Positions 10,632 to 21,981 of a DNA stretch of 64,000 nucleotides are shown one piece after another. This stretch comes from an uncultured Chloroflexia bacterium (GTDB taxonomy: Bacteria > Chloroflexota > Anaerolineae > B4-G1 > SLSP01): assembly GCA_963751345.1 (NCBI GenBank), contig CAVVUS010000010.1, positions 160,001 through 224,000 on the forward strand, read 5' to 3'. A model generated the notes under the pieces. That model had not been told where the DNA came from. It saw only the letters and a list, made by a program, of their open reading frames with translations, and ran no database searches. Numbering within the stretch: the first letter of the stretch is position 1; every line of letters begins with the position of its first letter. The position numbers and the translations under genes are program-made.

Positions 10632-11966
10632 ATGTGTGGGCCCCAGCCTTTCTATGGACTGGCTCAGGCCCAGGTAGGTGATCTTCGTTTCTACGAGTTG
10701 CCTGTCGCTACTTATCCGCTTATCAAACCTATGACAGACGAATCAGACAGCGTGGACGCTAGTCCACCAAACTCTGGCCAGGGATCCAGCCCAGTTGCGA
10801 CGGGTGATCCCTGCCGAGAACAGCCCGATTTCATTGGGTGCGCCATAGCTCAGCTCACAGCGACCGTCTGGCGATGGGGACATGACCGCCAGTCTGTGGC
10901 GGCGTTTGTGGGACGCAGTAGCGCGCATCTGGCGATCATTGTGTTGGCCGTGATGATCGGCCTCGTAGGTCGCGTCGCGCTCAATCCGATGCAGGTCACC
11001 GGGTTCTCCACCTCACAATCACTCTCCTTGCCCGCTGCCGCCGAGCCCGTCGCCACGCCAACGGCTCTCGACGATGATGCCATGTCCTATGAGTTGCAGC
11101 GCCCGAGGGCCGTCGTGCGGGAAGCCAACCCCCTGACGACAATTCCGGAGCGGGTTCGCCTGGAAGTGATCACCTACACGGTACAAACGGGCGACAACAT
11201 CTTCTTCATTGCGGACAGGTTCAAGCTTGACTACACGACGATCGTCTGGTCCAACATGGAGACGTTGCAGGGAGCCCCCTGGCTGATACAGCCTGGGCTT
11301 ACGCTATCTATCCCTCCCGTCGATGGCGCTTACCACACGGTGATGGAGGGGGAAACCGTGGCCTCCCTCGCCGAGCAGTATCAAGTTTCCGCTGCTGCTC
11401 TGTACAATATGTGGAATGATATTGAGCCGGGAGCACCTCTGGCTGAGGGCAGACTGCTGGTTATCCCAGACGGCGTCGGAGAGGACTTCGACCTCGAACC
11501 GCCGCCTCCGGAACCAAGTGCACCAGCCGTGGGGGCTGCCTCGGGTAGCTGGGGGTACTGTGGCGATACGGCTGTAGCGGGGTATGGCGCCAACGGCTGG
11601 TTCATTCTTCCCACAGGCTCCTACGCGGTGTCAGGATGGACGTTCCACGATCCACGCAATCCCGGACACATTGGCCTCGACTACCGTTGTTCGCTGGGCG
11701 ATCCCATTTACGCCTCTGACGCCGGTGTGGTGGTGTGGGCAGGGTGGAACGGCGGCTACGGCAACCTCGTTCGTGTTCGCCACGGCAACGGGTTCGAGAC
11801 CTACTACGCTCACTTCAGTGCCTACGCGGTCGGTTGTGGCGATCCGGTCTATCAGGGCCAGGTTGTGGGATATTGTGGGACGACGGGATGGTCGACGGGC
11901 CCGCATCTTCACTACGAGATTCGGCTGAATGGCGCACCTCAGAATCCCAGGCTGTATGAGCCCTAG
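10632..11966 (+). CDS. Membrane-anchored LysM-LysM-M23 peptidoglycan endopeptidase
   Basis: YTVQTGD LysM repeats; HIGLD, YYAH and HLHYEIR M23 motifs; start may be ATG 10731. Confidence 0.88.
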   Translation: MCGPQPFYGLAQAQVGDLRFYELPVATYPLIKPMTDESDSVDASPPNSGQGSSPVATGDPCREQPDFIGCAIAQLTATVWRWGHDRQSVAAFVGRSSAHLAIIVLAVMIGLVGRVALNPMQVTGFSTSQSLSLPAAAEPVATPTALDDDAMSYELQRPRAVVREANPLTTIPERVRLEVITYTVQTGDNIFFIADRFKLDYTTIVWSNMETLQGAPWLIQPGLTLSIPPVDGAYHTVMEGETVASLAEQYQVSAAALYNMWNDIEPGAPLAEGRLLVIPDGVGEDFDLEPPPPEPSAPAVGAASGSWGYCGDTAVAGYGANGWFILPTGSYAVSGWTFHDPRNPGHIGLDYRCSLGDPIYASDAGVVVWAGWNGGYGNLVRVRHGNGFETYYAHFSAYAVGCGDPVYQGQVVGYCGTTGWSTGPHLHYEIRLNGAPQNPRLYEP

Positions 11967-13108
11967 ATGACATCGACACGACCGACGTCTCAGGAGCACC
12001 GCGCTCGCCCTTTGGAGTTGCAGCGCCCACTGCTGCTTCGCGCTGTAGCTCGCCTGGTAGCGTTTGTCTGGCGGTGGAGCGGTGATCGTGTGGGGCAGCG
12101 CCCCACGATCGGACGAATCACAGCCCACACCGGGCTCTTCATCGTGCTTGCTCTTCTCATCGTTCTAGGAAGCCTCCGGTTGGACTCTCCCTCCTCCCTG
12201 ATGAGGATGGTAGACGCGACCATCCTCGACGGGTTCGTCCAGAACGTTGATGCTGCGTCATCTCCGGCGGAGATCGTGGAACGGCCCTACGACCGCGGGC
12301 AGTCGCAGGTGGGCATCGCACGTCAGGCTCAAGCCCACACTGCTATTCCGGATCGACCGCGATTGGAGATCATCACCTATACCGTGCAGGCGGGAGATAC
12401 CGCAGACAAGATCGCCGCGAGCTTTCGGCCTGCAGCCGACCACGCTGCTCTGGTCCAATCCGGAAATGGAGAAGATGCCTGACCTGCTTCGCGTGGGCCA
12501 GGTCCTGACTATTCTGCCGCTTGATGGTGCCTACTACACTGTCGGCGTGAGTGATACGCTCGAGAGCATCGCCGACGTCTACAGCGTCGACGTCAGCGAT
12601 ATCGCGAATTGTCCCTTCAATGAGATTCCGCAGGGTGGGACTTTGGCCGAGGGCCTGCAGCTCGTCGTGCCCGGTGGAACGAAGCCTTACGAGTCGCGCG
12701 ACGTCATTACGGCTTATGACGGCCCCGTTCCTGAGGATGCCCAGGTGTTGGGGCTGTTCTCGTGGCCGACCTCGGGTGTCTTGACCCAGGGGTATTGGTA
12801 CGGACATCGGGCGATTGACATCGGTGGGTTCATCGGCGAGGCTATCAGAGCCTCGGACGGCGGATACGTGAGCTACGCAGGGTGGACCGATATCGGCTAT
12901 GGTTACTCTGATCGTCCTCGATCATCAGAACGGATTCCAGACGTATTACGCGCACCTGAGCAACATCCTCGTGAATGAGGGGCAGACGGTCGCTGCGACG
13001 CAGGTCATCGGCGAGATGGGCAGCACGGGCAACTCGACCGGTCCGCATCTGCACTTCGAGATACGCTACGACGGGTATCCTACAAACCCGTTGATTTACC
13101 TTCCGTAA
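11967..13108 (+). CDS. Second LysM-LysM-M23 endopeptidase, split by two +1 frameshifts (~12423, ~12907)
   Basis: ORFs 11967-12482, 12247-12978 and 12899-13108 carry consecutive LysM, HRAID and HLHFEIR segments. Confidence 0.82.
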
Positions 13109-13152
13109 TCGCCTTCAACATTTCAGAGGCCGGGCCGGAGCTGAAGATACCT

Positions 13153-13176
13153 GCGAGCCGCAAGGCTCGCGTTTTT
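13153..13176 (+). terminator. Intrinsic terminator after the M23 genes
   Basis: GCGAGCC-GCAA-GGCTCGC followed by GTTTTT. Confidence 0.7.
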
Positions 13177-13197
13177 GTTACCTACAAGGAGACGCTC

Positions 13198-13836
13198 TTG
13201 GAACTCACCATCGAGGAGGTCCGCCCACTGTATGGTGAGGCGGACAGTGTTCACGACTTCGACCATATTCTGCGCGTCCTTACACTGGCCGAGCGCATCG
13301 CCAAGTCGGAGGGCGCCGATCTGTCTATAGTGCGTACTGCGGCGCTACTCCACGACTGGGGACGCGCCGAGGCGCAGACCGGTGGACTCAACCACGCCCG
13401 GGTCGCAGCGGATCGCGCGGAATCTTACCTGCGGAGTCGGGGAGGGGCCGAAGCGATGCTCCAAGCCGTCTGTCACGCCATACTGGCGCACCGGTTCCGG
13501 GCCGAACCGATGCCGGAGACGTTGGAGGCCAAGACGCTCTTCGATGCGGATAAGCTCGATGCAATCGGGGCGATTGGCATCGCGCGGGCGTTCGCCTATG
13601 GCGGGGCTCACAACCAGCGACTCTGGGCCCCCCGTGATGCCGTCGACGTCGCACGTTGGCAGCAGATGGGGGACGATCCGGATGCCCACACGCCGGTGCA
13701 CGAGTTTGTCGTGAAGCTGGCGCGGATCAAGGATCAGCTTTACACGGCGGAAGGCCGGCGCATTGCCGAGGAACGGCACCGCTATATGGCTGCCTTCTAC
13801 GATCGCCTGGATGCCGAGGTCCGCGGGGAGATGTGA
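13198..13836 (+). CDS. HD-domain phosphohydrolase (YedJ-like)
   Basis: HDFDHILRV, ALLHD, DADKLDAIGAIGIAR. Confidence 0.88.
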   Translation: MELTIEEVRPLYGEADSVHDFDHILRVLTLAERIAKSEGADLSIVRTAALLHDWGRAEAQTGGLNHARVAADRAESYLRSRGGAEAMLQAVCHAILAHRFRAEPMPETLEAKTLFDADKLDAIGAIGIARAFAYGGAHNQRLWAPRDAVDVARWQQMGDDPDAHTPVHEFVVKLARIKDQLYTAEGRRIAEERHRYMAAFYDRLDAEVRGEM

Positions 13837-13890
13837 GGCTGAGGAGATTGGTCCAATCTGTCGCTGGATTGGACCAATCTTGAGTCTTCT

Positions 13891-15401
13891 TTACTCGCGC
13901 GGACGTAGGTGCGGGTAGAGCAAGACGTCGCGAATTGAGTGGTTATCGGTGAACAACATCGCCAGGCGGTCGATCCCCACGCCAAAGCCCCCGTTGGGGG
14001 GCATGCCGTATTTCATCGCCCGCAGGTAGTCCTCGTCCATCGGCTGGGCCTCTTGGTCTCCCGCGTCCATCTCGCGGCCCTGCTGCAGGAAGCGCTGCTC
14101 CTGCTCAAAGGGATCGTTGAGCTCGGTGAAAGCATTGCCCAGCTCTAGGCCACCGATGAACAGCTCGAAGCGCTCAACGTGTGTCGCGTCGTCAGGCTTC
14201 TGTTTGGCGAGCGGCGAGATCTCTACGGGATAGTCGTGGACGAAGGTGGGCGCGATCAGGCCTGGCTCCGCCTCTCCCGAGCAGATTGTCGACCAGGTGC
14301 CCCCAAGTGGCGTCGCCGGCAGCATCGAACCCCCGGTCGCGCATGACACCCCGCAAGTGCGTCCGCATCGGGGAAGGCCGTGTAGTCGATGCCTGTCCGC
14401 TCAAGAATAGCCTCACGCAGCGTCATGCGGCGCCAGGGAGGCGTCAGGTCGATCTCATGGCCGGCATAGGTAAGGTGTGTCGATCCGAGCGTCCGCTCCG
14501 CCGCATACGAGAGCAACTGCTCTACGGTCTCCATGACGTGGTAGAGGTCGGCGTAAGCGCAGTAGAACTCGAGTTGGGTGAACTCGGGGTTGTGCTTGTA
14601 GGAAACGCCCTCATTCCGGAAGTCGCGCCCAATCTCGTAGACCCGCTCGTACATCCCGACCAGCAGCCGCTTGAGGTAGAGCTCAAAGGAGATCCGCAGA
14701 TATAGATCCTGCTTGAGCTGGTTGTGATAGGTGGTGAAGGGACGTGCCGCAGCGCCGCCGTAGATGGGCTGGAGTACAGGTGTCTCGACCTCAAGATAGC
14801 CATGCTCATCAAGCCAGGAACGTAAGGCTGTGATCATGCGCGAACGAACTCGAAAGTCCTCGCGCACCTTCGGGTTGACTGCGAGGTCCGCATATCGCTG
14901 CCGATAGCGCTCCTCAACATCGGAGAACGCGCCAAAACGCCTGACGTTGCCTTGCTCATCCTCGACTTCTTTGGAGATGGGGAGGGGGGTGATGGCCTTG
15001 GCCAGCATACGCAGGGTCGTCGTCTGGACGCTTATCTCGCCCGACCGGGTGCGCATCATCGTGCCACCGGCTTCGATGAAATCGCCCAAGTCCACGGTGG
15101 TCTTGAAGAGCTCGTAGGGCTCCTCGCCAAGGTCGTTACGTCGGACGAACAACTGCAGCCGGCCACTGCCATCCTCGATATGGGCGAAGGTGAGTCTGCC
15201 CATATCTCGCATGCTGATGACCCTTCCCGTGACCGTTACCTGCGGAGCGGCTGTTCCGTCGGCCTCGGTGGCGTCAAACTCCTGGATGGCTTGATGGATG
15301 GTGTGTGTGCGATATGAGCGATGGGGGTAGGGTGAGATGCCGGCCGAAAGCAGCCGGTTCATCTTCTCCAGGCGTTGTTTCTCTAGATCGTTGAGCTCCA
15401 T
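13891..15401 (-). CDS. lysS: Lysine--tRNA ligase, class II; frameshift near 14350
   Basis: [21 protein letters not shown] in the first ORF; [21 protein letters not shown] in the second. Confidence 0.93.
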
Positions 15402-15411
15402 ATCGAGGCAC

Positions 15412-15888
15412 CTAGCTGATCGTGATAATCTCGAAGACGAGATCTCCATCCGGTGCCCGGACCACGGCCTTGTCGCCGACTCGTTTCCCAATGAGCGCCT
15501 TTCCGAGCGGCGATTCGTTGGAAATGCGGCCATTCTTGGGATCGGCCTCAGAAGAGCCTACGACAAAGTACTCCTCGTCGGTGGCGGCTCCATCCTCTTT
15601 GACTTTGACGGTGTTGCCAATGCCGACCGTATCAGTATCCACTCCCGATTTCGCGATAATGTGCGCCTTACGCAGGCTCTCCTCGAGATCCAGGATCCTG
15701 CCTTCCACGAACGCTTGTTCGCTTCGGGCTATCTCCAGCTCGGCATTCTCAATCAGTTCGCCTTCGCCAAGTGCGTTGTGTAGTCTCTCCGCAACTTCCT
15801 GGCGGCGAACTGATTTCAGGTACTCCAACTCCTCTTCAAGAGCCGTGTATCCTTCTTGGGTCAGGTATACTACAGCACGACTACTCAT
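15412..15888 (-). CDS. greA: Transcription elongation factor GreA
   Basis: LTQEGY, GELIENAEL, ISNESPLGKALIG; GGAGGA RBS. Confidence 0.95.
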   Translation of the reverse strand: MSSRAVVYLTQEGYTALEEELEYLKSVRRQEVAERLHNALGEGELIENAELEIARSEQAFVEGRILDLEESLRKAHIIAKSGVDTDTVGIGNTVKVKEDGAATDEEYFVVGSSEADPKNGRISNESPLGKALIGKRVGDKAVVRAPDGDLVFEIITIS

Positions 15889-15935
15889 TGCACACATTCC
15901 TCCGGGCCGCTGTCCGTGAAGTGTCAGGGCCATGA

Positions 15936-16006
15936 TAAAAACAAAACCCGAGAGCCCCGGGGCTCACAGGTTCGGCCATTATACCATTGATTCTAGGGTT
16001 TGTAAA
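15936..16006 (-). promoter_or_regulatory. greA promoter (TTTACA-N17-TATAAT) followed by a leader terminator-like hairpin
   Basis: -35 at 16001-16006, -10 at 15978-15983; hairpin 15945-15972 with U-tract. Confidence 0.6.
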
Positions 16007-16088
16007 GTCAGACAAAAGTAAGAAACTGTCGACACCCTGTAGGATGGGGCTGCGTCCGCCCCGCCCGGCCGGATTGTAGGGAGTTGCC

Positions 16089-17327
16089 TCACGCCTCCGT
16101 ATCCGCTAGTATGACGGGAAGCGTGAAATAGAACGTGCTCCCCTTGTCTTCCTCGCTTTCGCCCCAGATTTGACCTCGATGTGCTTCGACGATCTGGCGG
16201 GCCACGACTAAGCCCAACCCCGTACCACTTGCTTCCAATTCGCTCCCGCGAAGCCGGTGGAATTTCTGAAAGAGCTGTGGTAACTGATCCGCCGGGATGC
16301 CTGGCCCCGTGTCTGTGACACTCACTTTGATCGTGTCCCCATCGCTTGCAGCCCCGACGGATATCGTGTCGCCCGGGTCGGAGTACTTGATGGCATTGTT
16401 CAGCAGGTTGAGCAGCACTTGATGTAGACGTGCACGATCCCCCACCGTCGGCGGCAAGGGCTCATGGACGTCGACGTGCACGACCCGATCTAGTTGTTCT
16501 GCATTGGGTCGGATGACGCTCACGGCACGATCGATCAATTCATCCATTCGTATGATATCTCGCGCCATGCTGATGCGACCTGATTCCAGGCGTGCCAGGT
16601 CGAGGAACTGGCTCGCCAGACTGCTCACCCGCTCCGTCTCTTGTTGGATCGTGACGACAAATCGCTCACGCGTCTGCTCGTCAAGATCGGGGCGCAGCAA
16701 CAGATCTGCATATGATAGGATAGCGGTCAGCGGCGTCCTGATCTCGTGGACGACTTCAGCCACCCAGTCACTTTGCTGAAACAGCCGGGCATTCTCGACG
16801 GCCACAGCGGCCACACCCGCCAGCGTTTCTATGGTCTCCTGATCCTGCTGCGTGAAAGTGTGGCGAGACTTGGTGGTCACGGATTCGAGGACGCCGATCA
16901 CCCGATCCCCGAAGATCATTGGCATAGCGATCATCGATTGGGTGGCATCGATAGCACGGATGCTATAGACGCGGGAGTCAGCCTGGGCGTCCTCAAGCAC
17001 AGCCATCTCACCATGGCGCACGACCCAGCCGGCCAGACTGTTCTGCATAGGCACTTCGGTCCCGTCGAGGATTCCAGACTCCGGGCCCGTGGCAGCTGCA
17101 AATCGCAGGGTCCCCTCCCCCTCCATAAGCAGGATGGAAGCACCATCAGCGTTCGTGAGGTCCCTCGCGGACTCAACGATCTGCAACAGCAGGGGCCGCA
17201 TCTCAAGTGTGGAGTTGAGTCGGCGACTAACGCTCAGCAGCCGCTCAAGGATGGTGATGGTCTCTCGAAGCGTCACCGCCTGGTCTTCTGGCTCCGCGAC
17301 TTCCCGCTGGTACATTGTACTCATCAT
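16089..17327 (-). CDS. GAF-domain sensor histidine kinase
   Basis: GAF (AAVAVENARL), HEIRTPL, NLLNNAIKY, DTGPGI, GTGLGL; start approximate. Confidence 0.9.
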   Translation of the reverse strand: MMSTMYQREVAEPEDQAVTLRETITILERLLSVSRRLNSTLEMRPLLLQIVESARDLTNADGASILLMEGEGTLRFAAATGPESGILDGTEVPMQNSLAGWVVRHGEMAVLEDAQADSRVYSIRAIDATQSMIAMPMIFGDRVIGVLESVTTKSRHTFTQQDQETIETLAGVAAVAVENARLFQQSDWVAEVVHEIRTPLTAILSYADLLLRPDLDEQTRERFVVTIQQETERVSSLASQFLDLARLESGRISMARDIIRMDELIDRAVSVIRPNAEQLDRVVHVDVHEPLPPTVGDRARLHQVLLNLLNNAIKYSDPGDTISVGAASDGDTIKVSVTDTGPGIPADQLPQLFQKFHRLRGSELEASGTGLGLVVARQIVEAHRGQIWGESEEDKGSTFYFTLPVILADTEA

Positions 17328-17349
17328 CCGGAGGCGGCGGCGACGATGC

Positions 17350-18498
17350 TCAGTCCCCGACGATGGCCTGGACGACCCGCCGAACCTGTTGAGCCACGAG
17401 ACCATGTGGCTGAATTTCCACCATCGGTTTGCCATTCTCCACACTCTCGTAGGCAAGATCCGGCATCAGCGGAATCCCGGCGATCATCTCACGGTGGAGC
17501 GTTTGCTCGATCACATAGCGGTTCAACGCGCCGGCAGCGGGGACGCGGTGGATCAACACGACGCGGGTTTTCTCCCTGCCGATGCCGAGCACATCCAAGG
17601 CGTCTAGCATCGCCTGCGCTAGCGCAAAGCCGATGCGGCTGGGCTCAAGTGTGATGATGATGAGATCACACATGCTAAGAGCTTCCCGACAGCCTCCATC
17701 AAGTCGGCAGGGAAGGTCAAGCAACATGTAGTCGTACTCCGTGCTCAAGTATCTCAGGATGGTGTGTGCCAGCCCTTTGTTGAGCCCCGGCCCCGAGCCT
17801 ACCGGTCTTGGAGATGCAAGCAGAGCACGCAAACCGGTTGGGTGCTCGACCATGTGCTCGCGCAGGGTTTCCTTGGTGATGTAGGACAATGGCTTGTTCA
17901 GCAGGACGGAGAGCCCAAACTCTGCCTCCGCAGCGGGGTCGAGACCGAGCTGTAGCCCCAAGGTGCCGTTCCCTTCGAGGAGCTCAACCACTGCGCTGGA
18001 AGCGTTCTGGTGCATCCGAGCTAGCTCGATAGCGGTATTGAGCACGAGGGTGCTGGTGCCCAGTCCGCCCTTTGTCGGGAGGAATCCGATGATGTCGCTT
18101 CGCTTCGACTCTTCGTCGGGGTGGGTCTGACGAGCCAAGAGGGCTTCAACCCGCGTAATCAGCTCGCCAGGACGTACCGGCTTCGTCAGGTAGTCATCCG
18201 CGCCGGCCTGGAATCCGGCGATCCTATCATTGACTGCGTTCCTGGCAGAGAACATCAGAATGGGGATCGACTCAGTGGCCGGATGGCTGCGCAGTTTGGC
18301 CGCGACCTCGTAACCACTTATGTCGGGCATCATCACATCGAGAATCACAAGTGCAGGATGAGCCTCGATTGCTTTGTCCAGCGCTTGTTGGCCATTCGAG
18401 GCAGCGAGGATCTGGTAGCCTTGGCGCTCGAGCATCAAGCCTATGAGTCTGAGGGCATCGACATCATCATCGGCAATCAGGATCTGGCGAGGTTCCAT
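17350..18498 (-). CDS. Response regulator fused to a CpaE/MinD-like ATPase domain
   Basis: REC domain (DVMMP, DYLTKP) followed by deviant Walker KGGLGTST. Confidence 0.8.
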   Translation of the reverse strand: MEPRQILIADDDVDALRLIGLMLERQGYQILAASNGQQALDKAIEAHPALVILDVMMPDISGYEVAAKLRSHPATESIPILMFSARNAVNDRIAGFQAGADDYLTKPVRPGELITRVEALLARQTHPDEESKRSDIIGFLPTKGGLGTSTLVLNTAIELARMHQNASSAVVELLEGNGTLGLQLGLDPAAEAEFGLSVLLNKPLSYITKETLREHMVEHPTGLRALLASPRPVGSGPGLNKGLAHTILRYLSTEYDYMLLDLPCRLDGGCREALSMCDLIIITLEPSRIGFALAQAMLDALDVLGIGREKTRVVLIHRVPAAGALNRYVIEQTLHREMIAGIPLMPDLAYESVENGKPMVEIQPHGLVAQQVRRVVQAIVGD

Positions 18499-18581
18499 AG
18501 AGTGCTCTCACTTTCTTGACCTGGGCCAATCCCATTATAATGTGAAGGCTGTCATACCTCAAGTTCGCGCAGACTTGACGG

Positions 18582-20115
18582 CTAGAACGCGAAACGTGCG
18601 AAGAGGTAGCCGATAACGGCAATGATCGCGATGATGATGAGGCCAAACTCTGTCGTGCGGCGAAGCGCCTCACTCTCGCCTCCGCTTAGCCCTACCGTGC
18701 TGCATCCCACGATGATCTTCGCAGGTGCGAAAATGGAGCCCACGGCGGCACCGGCGTTGTGAAGCGCCAGGATGAGCGGGGCAAATAAGCCCAAGGTCTC
18801 GGCGACCTGGAGCTGAAAGGCGCCCAGTAGGACATTGGAGTTCGTGTTGCTGCCGGTCATAAATGCCCCCATCGCTCCAATGAAGGGCGAAATCAGGGGG
18901 AAGAGGCCACCGGCCAGGGCGGCCATTGCCGTCGCAAGCGTCGAGACCATTCCGGAGGTCTGCATTGTCGTGGCCATCGCCATCATGGCCAGGATGCCCA
19001 GGGTCGACTTTACCCCGCTTTTCAGCACTCCATTGCGGATCTTCGTGCCGCTTCCAGGCGGTAGTCGATCCTGTAGTTTGGCCAAGGCCGAGCGAGATCA
19101 CCGCGGCATAGACCAATTGGGCGCCCGGGTGACCCAGGATGGAGATAGCCTTGGTCTTGCCGGCCGGAATCACCGTGCCATCCCTAAGGGTTAGTGAAGG
19201 CATGTTGAACTGGAGCACCCAGTGGTTTAGCAGCGTATCGATGAACGGAACGAAGTTGACCACCATAATGATCGAGATCAGCAAGACATAGGGCAGAAGA
19301 CGCAAAGCCAGCTGTTGTGCCGGAACCTTCTCGCCGTCGTCGGCTGCCGAGCGCCTTCGCAGAACTGCCCACAAAGCGCCAACGAGAAGGCCCGCAAGGG
19401 CTCCCAGCATAGCAGCAATGTTGGGCACTCCGACCCGCACAGCCAGATATTGGCCGATGCTCATTGCCAGGGCCATCGAGATCATCGGCCCCAATTCCTG
19501 CCAGGGGTGGTCCTTGTCTCTACCAATACGCAGGACGATGAAACCGACCTGAAAACAGACAATGCCCAGCATGACCGCCATCCAGGGAGCGATGACTGCG
19601 CCATTCACTCCCGTCGCCGAGATGAGCGCCTCATATGAAGCTCCCAGCGAGCCAAACGAGACGGCCCAGCCGTGTCCCAGGGAGGGCATCACAACCGCGT
19701 CCAGCGCGGGGAACCCTAGCGTCACGAGAATTGGGGCCACGACTGCCACCGGCACACCGAAGCCGCCTACACCTTGGAGGAACGAAGCAAAGCCCCATGC
19801 AAGCAGCAGTACCTGCAGCGTCCGCCCTGGTGCCAGACGCTGCAGCAATTCGCTCATAGCCTTCAGCGTTCCGTCCGCTTCGGTGACGCGGAAGAAGAGC
19901 AGCGCACCCCAGATGATGTACAGGACGTACGCAGCCCGGAAAAAGCCTTCGATCTGTGCCCAAAGAAGGACGTTGGGACTTGCCCCGAAGCGTAAGCCCG
20001 CAATCAGCAGTGCCGCGATCCAGCCGGCGGCGCCCGCCTTTGAGCCGCCCCACTTGAAACCCGCCATGAGGACGAGAATGATAACCAACGGTATCGTAGC
20101 CAGGAAGATATCCAT
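18582..20115 (-). CDS. lctP: L-lactate permease family transporter; frameshift near 19088
   Basis: GGFGVPVAV, SFGSLG, GAFMTGSNTNSN motifs over two frames. Confidence 0.8.
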
Positions 20116-20284
20116 GGAGATTCGCCTTATCTGTGGACCAAAGCCGCGTCACCCTTCAAGAGGAAGCTGGGCGACACGCATTCACACGAGGTTATTGGGC
20201 TCAACACGAGGCTATTCTAGCACAGAGAATCAAGAATCGAAAAATGGAGAATCTTAGATTCTTCGATTCTCCATTCTTCGACTC

Positions 20285-21628
20285 TTAGTTTTCGCCGTAG
20301 AGCTGGCCTTTGAGCAACATCATTTCGCGCTTGAATTGGTCGTCCTGCTCCAAGCGCACGCGCACGCGCTCATACCCATAGAGCACGGTTGTGTGGTCGC
20401 GCCCGCCCAGCTCGGCGCCAATCTGTGGAAGCGAAGCATCCGTCTCCTCGCGCATAAGGTACATCACGATCTGGCGAGGTTGAGCAATCCGACGCGTCCG
20501 TCGACTTCCCCGGAGTTCCTCGGGGGTGACGCCGAAGAAACTACCGACGGCCTTGACGATATCGTCGGCAGAGACCTCCGGGCGGTTCGGCAGCAAATCG
20601 GCCAGCGCTTTCTCGGCAACCTGTTTGTTCAGGGGGAGATCGGTCAGGCGGCTCATTGCCAGAACGCGATTCAGCGCGCCCTCCAGTTCTCGGATGTTGC
20701 TCTCGATATTCGTCGCGATGTAGCTGAGGAGGTCATTGGGGACCACGACGTTGATGCGCTCTGCCTTGGATTGGAGAATGGCCATACGCGTCTCATAGTC
20801 GGGCGGTTGGATGTCGACGATCAGGCCCCACTCGAATCTTGACCGTAGTCTTTCCTCGAGTGTGACCATAGCTTTGGGTACTCGGTCGCTGCTCAGGACG
20901 ATCTGGCGACCATTATCTCGCAGGGCGTTGAAGGTGTGAAAGAACTCCTCCTGTGTGCTCTCTTTCCCCGCGATGAACTGGATATCGTCGACCAGCAGCA
21001 CGTCTGCCGTCCGATACTTCTCCCGGAACTGCTCGGTCGTATGGGTCCGGATCGACTCGATCAACCCATTGGTGAACGTCTCGGACGTGATATAGAGCAC
21101 CTGCATTCCCCTGCAATAGCAGAGGTGCCCGATGGCATGCAACAAGTGGGTCTTGCCCAGCCCCACGCCGCCGTGGATGAAGAGCGGATTGTACGCGCGA
21201 GCCGGAGACTCGGCGACGGCTTGCGATGCCGCCTGAGCGAGCCGATTGCTCGGACCGACGACGAAGGATTCGAACGTGTAGTCGCTGTTGAGGCCAGGAT
21301 CTCGCGGCAGTTCTTGCGGCATCGTATTCTCTTCTTGGAAGATCACGGGAACGCTATTGTCTGTCTGCTTGGCGTCCCACACCACGAAGCGAGCTTCCAT
21401 ATCGCCGCCCGTGAGCCGGGCCAGAGTGCGCTTGATAACGGGATAAAGACGGTTCTCCAACCACTCTACGGCATAGCCATTCTTGACGCCAATGACCAAC
21501 GTGCCTTCATTCTCGACACCAATACAATGAGTATCTCGCAACCACGTATCAAACGTCGCCCGAGCCATCTTGAGCTCCAGCTCGCCCAGCGTGGCCTGCC
21601 ATATTCTTTGAGGATTGAGATCGTTCAT
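20285..21628 (-). CDS. dnaA: Chromosomal replication initiator DnaA
   Basis: [36 protein letters not shown]; ATG 21628 after AAGGAG. Confidence 0.98.
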   Translation of the reverse strand: MNDLNPQRIWQATLGELELKMARATFDTWLRDTHCIGVENEGTLVIGVKNGYAVEWLENRLYPVIKRTLARLTGGDMEARFVVWDAKQTDNSVPVIFQEENTMPQELPRDPGLNSDYTFESFVVGPSNRLAQAASQAVAESPARAYNPLFIHGGVGLGKTHLLHAIGHLCYCRGMQVLYITSETFTNGLIESIRTHTTEQFREKYRTADVLLVDDIQFIAGKESTQEEFFHTFNALRDNGRQIVLSSDRVPKAMVTLEERLRSRFEWGLIVDIQPPDYETRMAILQSKAERINVVVPNDLLSYIATNIESNIRELEGALNRVLAMSRLTDLPLNKQVAEKALADLLPNRPEVSADDIVKAVGSFFGVTPEELRGSRRTRRIAQPRQIVMYLMREETDASLPQIGAELGGRDHTTVLYGYERVRVRLEQDDQFKREMMLLKGQLYGEN

Positions 21629-21736
21629 GCAGATCTCCTTGTGTTTGAGTGACGCAAAACGTCTCCTTACCAGCAACAGATCACTGCCGAAGAAATGTAT
21701 CTGAGACTCTCCAGCATCCGCTGGAGAAATCCTGAG

Positions 21737-21891
21737 GTGGTATCCGGCCGGCCGGAGGTCCTGATCTTGCCGCAACCCGGTGCCGGGGATGGTTTTCCCC
21801 AAGAAGCTTCCGCGTTGCCCCCCCACCCTTAACTGTTCTCAGGACGGTTGGGACTATCCTGAAGGCCCTAGGGCTCTTGCCAGATCACCAC
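21737..21891 (-). ncRNA. Candidate 155-nt structured RNA in the dnaA leader (6S-like or cis-leader)
   Basis: 5' GTGGTGATCTGGC pairs with 3' GCCGGATACCAC; begins at the predicted TSS. Confidence 0.35.
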
Positions 21892-21895
21892 TGAC

Positions 21896-21924
21896 ATTCT
21901 ACCAAAAAGCGGGCCTTCATGCAA
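21896..21924 (-). promoter_or_regulatory. Sigma70-type promoter upstream of dnaA
   Basis: TTGCAT-N17-TAGAAT with TG extension on the minus strand. Confidence 0.65.
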
Positions 21925-21981
21925 TAACACTTCGGCATCTCTGCCTTAAAAACCGATAAACTTTAATACTGCGAAATCCGC

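Noticed and set aside
21629-21826. N-terminal extension of DnaA in the ORF track
   Set aside because: DnaA similarity and an AAGGAG RBS start at 21628; the upstream part is better read as structured leader
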